Below are positions 17,837-24,858 of a stretch of 28,341 nt of DNA, piece by piece. Below the pieces are notes generated by a model. It was not told where the DNA came from. It searched no databases and was given only the letters and a program-made list of their open reading frames with translations. A program made the translations under genes and the position numbers. The stretch lies in the NCBI GenBank assembly GCA_043769325.1, contig JAYVJN010000599.1, positions 1 through 28,341 of the forward strand, read 5' to 3'. Source of the stretch: Acidobacteriota bacterium (GTDB taxonomy: Bacteria > Acidobacteriota > Blastocatellia > Pyrinomonadales > Pyrinomonadaceae). The first letter of the stretch is position 1, and the number at the start of each line of letters is the position of its first letter.

Positions 17837-18987
17837 GCGCGGAGTTTTTCGACATTTTGCATTGCCCTTTTTGCGGTTGCCGCGTGGCGGTGCAGACAAT
17901 GGTTGACTCGCGCAATGCCATATTGTATTGCGAATGTTCGACTTATCCGATGGTTGACGGCGTTCCGGTCTTTCAGCACGACTACAAAGCCGAAGCCGCC
18001 ACCGAACATCTCGCCGCCGGCGACGCGGAGGCCGCGCTCTGCGCCATGCTGGATTTGGACGACGCTGCGCCGTTGCGCGAAGTTGACACTTACCGCGCCG
18101 GCCTCGCGCTGCTGGCTTCAGAGGATGAAGGGCCGTATTTTCTCAACCGCTTTGCCGACCCGACGTTTTTGGTCAGTGCGGCGGTGGCGCGTGGCTTGAG
18201 CGGCAAAGTGAAGAAAACACGCGCTTTAGATGTTTGCGGCGGTTCCGGGCATTTGACGCGCGCGCTGTGCCAAGAGGGTTTCGCCGAAGTTTTTCTGGCA
18301 GAAACGGATTACTGGAAACTGTGGCTGGCGCAGAAATTCATCGCGCCGCGCGTCTTGCCGGTTTGCTGCGACGCCAACAACCCTTTGCCATTTGCGCCGG
18401 AGAGTTTCGCGCTGGCGATCTGCTCCGATGCGTTTCATTACGTCTGGTCTAAACGCTTGCTGGCAGAAGAGATGCAGCGTTTGGCCGGTGTCGTTACGGT
18501 AACGCACACGCATAACAAACTGTGTGAAAATTTCTCTGCCGGCGAACCTTTGACACCGGACGGCTACCGTAATTTATTTGCCGCCCGGCCCGTGCGGATG
18601 TTTGGCGAGACAGCCTTTTTATCTGCGGTGATTGACGGCAAAGCGTTGGATTTCAGTGTTTTAGAGAACGATGAAGATTTGCGCCGCGAACCGTCTTTGA
18701 CTTTGGTGGCAAGCAGGCAAGGCCAGGTTTTCAGCGCGTGTGAACCTTTGGCGAACGGTCAGCTTGACGGCGTGTGGGCCTTGAATCCGCTTTATGAAGC
18801 GACGCCCGATGGCGAGCGCGTGCATTTGCGTCTGCGCTTTCCTTCAGCGGATTATGAGGCCGAGTATGCCATTTGTAAACGCTACCTGGCAGAGAGTTTA
18901 ACCGTAAGCGCGGCAGATTTGCGGCGCGGCGCAAGGGAATTGACGGAGCGGCGCGTGTTGCTTGATTTGCCGGAGAACTTTGGTTAA
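17833..18987 (+). CDS. Putative class I SAM-dependent methyltransferase with N-terminal Trm112-like Cys cluster
   Basis: CPFC...CEC..YPMVDGVPV, then motif I LDVCGGSGH and CCDANNPLPFAPESFALAIC. ATGA overlap with the ABC gene. Confidence 0.7.
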   Translation: MSAEFFDILHCPFCGCRVAVQTMVDSRNAILYCECSTYPMVDGVPVFQHDYKAEAATEHLAAGDAEAALCAMLDLDDAAPLREVDTYRAGLALLASEDEGPYFLNRFADPTFLVSAAVARGLSGKVKKTRALDVCGGSGHLTRALCQEGFAEVFLAETDYWKLWLAQKFIAPRVLPVCCDANNPLPFAPESFALAICSDAFHYVWSKRLLAEEMQRLAGVVTVTHTHNKLCENFSAGEPLTPDGYRNLFAARPVRMFGETAFLSAVIDGKALDFSVLENDEDLRREPSLTLVASRQGQVFSACEPLANGQLDGVWALNPLYEATPDGERVHLRLRFPSADYEAEYAICKRYLAESLTVSAADLRRGARELTERRVLLDLPENFG

Positions 18988-20108
18988 TGAGAATTGTTTT
19001 GGCGGGAATTATTGCGCGTTACCCGTTTGGCGGGGTAACTTGGTGTTCGTTGATGTATCTGTTGGGGTTACGCAAGTTAGGCCACGAGGTCTATTATCTC
19101 GAAGATACCGGCGAGTGTATCTATGACCCTGTGAAGAATGAGATTTCGCTGGATTCGTCTTTCGGCCTGAAATATATCCATAAATCGCTGGCGCAATATG
19201 GTTTAGGCGAAAATTGGTGCTTTGTGGATTACGCCGCGCAGCATTTCGGCAAGACCCGCGCGGAGCTAAAGGAAATCTGCGCGACGGCGGATTTGTTCAT
19301 CAATCTTTCGGGCGGCTGTTGGTTTTGGCGCGATGAGTACCAACGCATTCCGCGTAAAGTCTTTATTGACAGCGACCCGGCCTTTACACAGATGGCTTTG
19401 GCGAAACGCGAACAGTGGTATGTGGATTTCTTCGCCGGTTTTGACGCGCTTTTTACCTTTGGGCGCAACATCGGCGCGGACGATTGCACGATTCCGGCGA
19501 CGCCTTTCGCGTGGAAAACGACCTGGCAGCCCGTTACTTGCGACGATTGGGCGACAAACGAGACGCCGCGCGACGTTTTTTCCACCGTAATGACCTGGCG
19601 CAACGAGAGTTTTACCGACGCCGACGGCAATAAAGACAAGCAGTTTGTTCACTTTATGGACTTGCCGCAGCGCACTCCGCAACCTCTTGAGTTGGCCGTC
19701 AACGGGCCGCAGGATTTGTTGCGGGCGCACGGCTGGCGCACGGTTGACGGCATGGCGGTTTCGGATAACCTGAACAAATACCGCAGTTACCTGCAATCAG
19801 CAAAGGCTGAGTTTAGCGTGGCGAAACACGCTTACGTCGCCACGCGGAGCGGTTGGTTTAGTGACCGGAGCGAGTGTTACCTGGCGGCGGGGCGGCCCGT
19901 CGTGGTGCAAGAGACGGGCTTCGGAAAATATCTGCCGACGGGCGAAGGTCTCTTATCTTTCAACAACTTAGACGAAGCGGTTGAAGCCATCGGGCGCGTC
20001 AACGCCGCTTACGCCGCGCACAGCCGCCGCGCCCAAGAAATCGCCCGCGCCTATTTTGACGCCCGCGTTGTGTTGCCGAAATTACTGGCGGAGGCCGGAG
20101 TAGCATGA
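18987..20108 (+). CDS. Putative GT-B fold glycosyltransferase (unassigned family)
   Basis: Rossmann start MRIVLAG..GG..GLRKLGHEVYYLED. C-terminal WFSDRSECYLAAGRPVV and A..IARAYFDA resemble Glyco_trans_1-like acceptor/donor domains. TAATG overlap. Confidence 0.6.
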   Translation: MRIVLAGIIARYPFGGVTWCSLMYLLGLRKLGHEVYYLEDTGECIYDPVKNEISLDSSFGLKYIHKSLAQYGLGENWCFVDYAAQHFGKTRAELKEICATADLFINLSGGCWFWRDEYQRIPRKVFIDSDPAFTQMALAKREQWYVDFFAGFDALFTFGRNIGADDCTIPATPFAWKTTWQPVTCDDWATNETPRDVFSTVMTWRNESFTDADGNKDKQFVHFMDLPQRTPQPLELAVNGPQDLLRAHGWRTVDGMAVSDNLNKYRSYLQSAKAEFSVAKHAYVATRSGWFSDRSECYLAAGRPVVVQETGFGKYLPTGEGLLSFNNLDEAVEAIGRVNAAYAAHSRRAQEIARAYFDARVVLPKLLAEAGVA

Positions 20109-21127
20109 AAATCGCCCAGGTCGCGCCCGTCGCCACGACAATTCCGCCGCCGAAATCGGGTTCGGTGGAGTTGATGACTTCGCTTTTGACCGAAGGCTTA
20201 GTCGCGCGCGGCCACGACGTTACGCTCTTTGCCACCGGCGATTCGGTGACAAGTGCTAGACTGCACGCGGTTTACCCGCACGGCTACTGGCACGACGAGG
20301 ATTTGTGGCCCTGGGAATTTTGCGAGATGATGAACCTGGCGGCGGTTTGCGAACGCGCCCAAGAGTTTGACATCATCCATTATCAGGCGGCCTATTATCC
20401 GATGAGTCTGGCCTTTACGCGGCTCATCAAAACGCCGGTGGTGCAGACCGTCCATCATCAGCCGGATGAAAGCCAGATTCGTCTGTGGAAAGATTACCCC
20501 GAAGCCCCTTTCGTCTGCATCTCGCGCACGCAATACGACGCGATGGACGGCCTCAATCGTCTTGGCGTGGTCTATAACTGCGTGGATACGCAATCATTTA
20601 CGTTTTGCGATCAGCCGGCGGATTACCTGCTTTTTCTGGGACGATTCACCGCCGGCAAAGGTGTTTTGCAAGCCATCGAAGTAGCGCGGCGGGCGGGTAT
20701 GAAGTTGTTGCTGGCGGCTTCGGAAGATGATTATTACCGCGAATTTGTGCAAACGGAAGTAGATGGCGAACAAATCGTTTACGTCGGCGAAGTGGCGCAC
20801 GAAGAAAAGGACAAACTCTTGGGCGGCGCGCGCGCCCTGCTCTACCCGGTGCAGGAGGGCGAGCCGTTTGGTTTGGTCATGGTCGAGGCGATGGCGTGCG
20901 GCACGCCCGTCGTCGCGCTCAACAAAGGCGCGGTCAACGAAATTGTCCGCGATGGCGTCAACGGCTATCAGGTCAACGATTTAGGCGCGATGGCCGCAGT
21001 CTTGCCGCGCGCCTTCGCGCTTGACCGCGCCCGCGTTCGCCAAGACGCCGAAGCGCGTTTCGGTCTCAACCAAATGGTGGACGGTTATGTTAAAATGTAT
21101 CAAGAAGTGCTGAGGACTGAGTGCTGA
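20105..21127 (+). CDS. Glycosyltransferase family 4
   Basis: MKIAQVAP..PP, GHDVTLFA, FLGR..KG and EPFGLVMVEAMACGTPV. ATGA overlap. Confidence 0.92.
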   Translation: MKIAQVAPVATTIPPPKSGSVELMTSLLTEGLVARGHDVTLFATGDSVTSARLHAVYPHGYWHDEDLWPWEFCEMMNLAAVCERAQEFDIIHYQAAYYPMSLAFTRLIKTPVVQTVHHQPDESQIRLWKDYPEAPFVCISRTQYDAMDGLNRLGVVYNCVDTQSFTFCDQPADYLLFLGRFTAGKGVLQAIEVARRAGMKLLLAASEDDYYREFVQTEVDGEQIVYVGEVAHEEKDKLLGGARALLYPVQEGEPFGLVMVEAMACGTPVVALNKGAVNEIVRDGVNGYQVNDLGAMAAVLPRAFALDRARVRQDAEARFGLNQMVDGYVKMYQEVLRTEC

Positions 21128-21134
21128 GGACTGA
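21107..21134. repeat. Exact 14-bp tandem duplication at the GT4/deacetylase junction
   Basis: GTGCTGAGGACTGA x2 (21107-21120 and 21121-21134). The second copy carries both the GT4 TGA stop and the downstream GTG start. Confidence 0.8.
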
Positions 21135-21963
21135 GACTCCATCAATGCTGGCGATTTTCGCGCATCCCGACGACGAGACGGTGATGATGGGCGGGACGTT
21201 GGCGCGTTACGCGGCGGCGGGTGTGCGGGTGGCCTTGCTCTGCGCGACGCGGGGCGAATACGGGCCGATTAGCGATCCCGCGCTGGCGACGGAGGAAACT
21301 TTGCCGGCTGTGCGCGAAGCTGAATTGCGGGCCGCTTGTAAAGTTTTGGGCGTCGGTTGGCTGCGTTTCCTGGACTGTCCCGATAGCGGCGTCAATAATC
21401 TTTGGTGGCCGGAGGTGGAGGCCAAAATCGTGCGGGCGATTCGTGAACTAAAGCCGCAAGTAATTGTCACGTTTGGGCTTGATGGTTTGTATGGGCATCC
21501 CGACCATATCGCCGTGAGTATGCTGGCGCGGGCCGCATTTCGTTCGGCGGGGCAGGCCGAATGCTTTGCCGGCACGGGCGCACCGCATCAGGCGCAAAAG
21601 CTCTATTACGCGCAATTTCCTTACAGTCTGGCGCAAGATTTGCTGGAGTCTTTGCGAGTGGAAGCGGGCGCGGCAGATTTTTGGGGCTTTGACCCGGAGG
21701 CTTTCGGTGTGGCGGATGAGGAAATCACGGCCACGCTGGATGTCGCGGAATATGTGCCGGCCAAGTTGCGCGCGCTGCGTTGCCATCGCACGCAACTTGT
21801 GGCAAATAATGTCTTTGCCTTGATAAACGACGATTTAGCCGCGCGTTTGTGGGCGCGTGAGCATTTTCGTCTGGCTGATACCGTGGGGCCGGCTTCTGAC
21901 GCCGGGCCGGAGACGGATTTATTCGCGGGTTTATTCGTAAAACGACTACGACACGCTTACTAA
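21121..21963 (+). CDS. PIG-L/LmbE family N-acetyl-sugar deacetylase (MshB-like)
   Basis: FAHPDDET, CATRGE, REAELRAAC..LG, YGHPDHIA and K..ALRCHRTQ. GTG 21121 or in-frame ATG 21145 as start. Confidence 0.92.
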   Translation: MLRTETPSMLAIFAHPDDETVMMGGTLARYAAAGVRVALLCATRGEYGPISDPALATEETLPAVREAELRAACKVLGVGWLRFLDCPDSGVNNLWWPEVEAKIVRAIRELKPQVIVTFGLDGLYGHPDHIAVSMLARAAFRSAGQAECFAGTGAPHQAQKLYYAQFPYSLAQDLLESLRVEAGAADFWGFDPEAFGVADEEITATLDVAEYVPAKLRALRCHRTQLVANNVFALINDDLAARLWAREHFRLADTVGPASDAGPETDLFAGLFVKRLRHAY

Positions 21964-22003
21964 CGTGCGCGTTTCTGCCTTGTAGTCAATAAGGAAGCAG
22001 TTC

Positions 22004-23566
22004 ATGTCGGTTAGAAGTTTTTTCAATGTGCGCCGCGCACTTTTGCTGTGCTTGTCTTTGGGCAGTTTGGCCGCGCTCTGTTTCACGCCGAAAAGCGACG
22101 GGGCGCAACAGCAACACGCACCATTGACTTTTTGCACCACGCCGAGTTTTAACGCGCCGGTTCCTTTTAGTGTGGGCCAGACGCCTCTGGGTTTGGACAC
22201 GGGCGACTTCAACAACGATGCCAAGCGCGATGTGGCGGTGGCTAACTTTACGTCTCACACCGTTTCCGTGCTGTTGGGCAACGGCGCGGGGAGTTTCACA
22301 TTGGGCGCGACGCTCAACACAGGCAACAATCCGGGCGCGTTGGTGGTCGCGGATTTCAATAATGACAGCCGGGCTGACATCGCCTCCGCCAATTCGGGTT
22401 CGGACACGGTTTCGGTCTTTTTGGGCAATGGCGCGGGCGCATTTGGCAATGCGCTGACGCTTTTTGTCGGGGCCAATCCGAGCGGTATCGCGGTGGGCGA
22501 CCTCAACGCCGATGGCCGCCGCGACATCGTGACCGCCAACGCCGACACCGACAATTTCACCTTGCTGACCGGCAACGGCAACGGCACTTTCGCCGCGCCG
22601 CGCAACGTAGCTGCCGGCTTCACCCCGCTTAATGTTGTAGTGGCAGATTTTAACGGCGACTCGCGGAGCGACGTGGGCATTGTCAATTTTGTCGCGGAAA
22701 GCGTCTCGCTGCATCTTGCGGTCGGCCCCGGCTTCTTTCCTGGCCCTGAATTATTCACCGGCACGGCCCCCAGCGACGCCGCCACTGCCGATTTTAACGG
22801 CGACGGGCGCGCCGATATTGTCACCGCCAACACGGGTTCGTTCGATATTTCGGTTTTTCTCCGCAACACCGGCGGCGGGCCGGGCGGCGGCTTTGCCGAC
22901 CCGGTGAATTACAATGTGGGCGAAAGTCCGAGCGCGTTGGCAACCGGCGATTTCAACGGCGACAACAAAACCGACATCGCGGTTGCCAATGGCGACACCA
23001 ACGATGTCTCGCTGCTCTTGGGTAACGGCAACGGCACTTTTCAGGCGGCAATCAATTTCCTCGCCGGCGCATCGCCAAGCGGCATTGCCGCCGCCGATTT
23101 CGATGGCGATGGCAACCTTGATTTTATCGTCGCCAACGCCGATACCAATACGGTTTCGCTCTTGCGTAATACCTGCGGCGCGCCCACGCCCACGCCCGGC
23201 CCGGTGTTAGTTACCGAAACCGGCTCTGACCGCGCCATCGCGTTGGCGTCGGTTTCTTTCCGGCGCGATCCCTTTCCGCTCACGGATTCCAATAACCTCA
23301 GCACCGATACGCGCGCCCGTATTATTCTATTCTCCAATAACATAACCGCCGCCGATGCCTCTTTGCTGACGGCCAAAGCCACTGACGCGCAAAACAACGA
23401 CTATGCCTTGGTTATCGAAGATGTGCGCGCCGTCCCTGATTTGCCGGGTTTTACGCAAATCACGGCGCGTTTGCCAGCCACGCTTGGCGCGGGCGATAAT
23501 GTGCTGGTGAGAATCACTCTGCGCGGCGTGCAAAGTAACGCGGCGCGGGTTTACATCACACCTTAG
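22004..23566 (+). CDS. Secreted FG-GAP/VCBS-repeat beta-propeller protein with PT linker and C-terminal beta domain
   Basis: Signal peptide, seven [GA]D[FL][ND]xDxxxD[IVF]xxxN repeats, a CGAPTPTPGP linker and a ~120-aa C-terminal domain ending SNAARVYITP. Confidence 0.9.
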   Translation: MSVRSFFNVRRALLLCLSLGSLAALCFTPKSDGAQQQHAPLTFCTTPSFNAPVPFSVGQTPLGLDTGDFNNDAKRDVAVANFTSHTVSVLLGNGAGSFTLGATLNTGNNPGALVVADFNNDSRADIASANSGSDTVSVFLGNGAGAFGNALTLFVGANPSGIAVGDLNADGRRDIVTANADTDNFTLLTGNGNGTFAAPRNVAAGFTPLNVVVADFNGDSRSDVGIVNFVAESVSLHLAVGPGFFPGPELFTGTAPSDAATADFNGDGRADIVTANTGSFDISVFLRNTGGGPGGGFADPVNYNVGESPSALATGDFNGDNKTDIAVANGDTNDVSLLLGNGNGTFQAAINFLAGASPSGIAAADFDGDGNLDFIVANADTNTVSLLRNTCGAPTPTPGPVLVTETGSDRAIALASVSFRRDPFPLTDSNNLSTDTRARIILFSNNITAADASLLTAKATDAQNNDYALVIEDVRAVPDLPGFTQITARLPATLGAGDNVLVRITLRGVQSNAARVYITP

Positions 23567-23658
23567 AAAAGGGCTGAGGGATGAATAAATTCCTCGCTTT
23601 TCCCCGTTTTGGTTCGTTGCAACGCAAAGCTGAAGCAAGCGAAAGAGGACGAAAAATT

Positions 23659-23958
23659 ATGCTAACTCATATTGTTATCTGGAAATACCGCGCCGACGTA
23701 GCGCAAGAAAAGCGCGACGAACATTTGGCGGCGTTGCGGGCGTTGCCGGCGCAGATACCGGAAATCATCGGCTTTAACGTCGGTTATGATGTGTTGAAAC
23801 TGCCGCGTTCCTATCACACGGGCCTGACTTCGACGTTTAAGGACGAGGCCGCGCTGGAAGTATATACCGCGCATCCCGCGCATCAAATCGTCGTCACCCT
23901 GGGCAAGGAAATCAGCGAACACGTCGCCTCCGTAGATTTCTTAGACGAACCGGAGTAG
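23659..23958 (+). CDS. Dabb family (stress-responsive A/B barrel) protein
   Basis: MLTHIVIWK, L..LPAQIPEI, F.DEAALEVY..HPAH and SVDF. SD AGAGGA precedes ATG 23659. Confidence 0.88.
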   Translation: MLTHIVIWKYRADVAQEKRDEHLAALRALPAQIPEIIGFNVGYDVLKLPRSYHTGLTSTFKDEAALEVYTAHPAHQIVVTLGKEISEHVASVDFLDEPE

Positions 23959-24000
23959 AGCGGGTTATACTCGTGCCAGCGCGAAAGGAGCGCAACAATT

Positions 24001-24240
24001 ATGTGGCAAACCATTGAAGAGGAAGTTGATGTAGGCGGGAATGTCAGGTTGTTAGAGAAAATGGAGATAAGTAAAACCCGTCGCGCGTTGCTGATTGTTT
24101 TGGAAGAAGTTGAGTCAGTTGAAAACGAATCGGTAACGCCCACAGGAAACACATCGGTTTTCTTGGAATTTATCAATAGTCCAAATTTTGTCAATCGCCC
24201 CAGCTATCCGGTGGCAGAAATTGAGGATATTACTGGGTAA
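24001..24240 (+). CDS. Small hypothetical protein, possibly antitoxin-like
   Basis: 79 aa with SD AAGGAG upstream. The TIEEEVDVGGNVRLLEK...RRALLIVLEE pattern recalls short AbrB/DUF104-like proteins (recollection only). Confidence 0.55.
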   Translation: MWQTIEEEVDVGGNVRLLEKMEISKTRRALLIVLEEVESVENESVTPTGNTSVFLEFINSPNFVNRPSYPVAEIEDITG

Positions 24241-24267
24241 CATATCTGCAAGCCATGAAAGAAGTTA

Positions 24268-24858
24268 ATGAGCTTTAAGACAATTGAAGCTGTCGTAGAA
24301 AGTTGGTCAAACGAGGACGATACGCCCTGGCCATATATAGCCATATCCGGCTATATGAGCTTGAATCAAGCTCTAAATAACGAAAAAGTTGGCGCGATAG
24401 TACAACTTGCCTGCTCATATAATAGTCTGGAATTTCGCTCTAACACAGAAGATACATTACGCTCCTTTCTTGATCTGGACGGCTTTGTGTTACCTGGCGG
24501 GTTACGTTTCTCGGAAAGCGGTCAAGTTAAAGTTCTGCCGGGTTGCTGTTGCGGGTTGGAAAATTGGCGCGATTGGCTGCTAGTGTCGCCGGAACACTGC
24601 GCTATCTGGACAGGCCATGACCCGAGCCCCTGGGTTGAATACGTTGAGGGCCAAGTGAAAATCTGGCCGGATTCAGATAGCGCGCCAAGTACAGCAATCG
24701 CCTTTAGTTATGAAGAATTGACGCAACTGCTCAAGCAAGTTGAGTCCGATTTGCAAGGCTTTCTTGTGCGCTTGGGCCAATGGGCAGAACATATTGCGCC
24801 GAGCTTAAAAGGTGAAATTGTGTCATATTTTGCCCAGCATCTGCACATTCCGGTATGA
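24268..24858 (+). CDS. Hypothetical protein with PGCCCGLENW and GHDP motifs
   Basis: 196-aa ORF of visibly lower GC than its neighbours. ATGA overlap with the next gene supports translation. Confidence 0.75.
   Translation: MSFKTIEAVVESWSNEDDTPWPYIAISGYMSLNQALNNEKVGAIVQLACSYNSLEFRSNTEDTLRSFLDLDGFVLPGGLRFSESGQVKVLPGCCCGLENWRDWLLVSPEHCAIWTGHDPSPWVEYVEGQVKIWPDSDSAPSTAIAFSYEELTQLLKQVESDLQGFLVRLGQWAEHIAPSLKGEIVSYFAQHLHIPV

Noticed and set aside
20105-21963. Complete mycothiol or bacillithiol pathway
   Set aside because: No MshC/BshC or MshD gene is present, and the genes are embedded in an export operon. Only the family-level analogy is kept.
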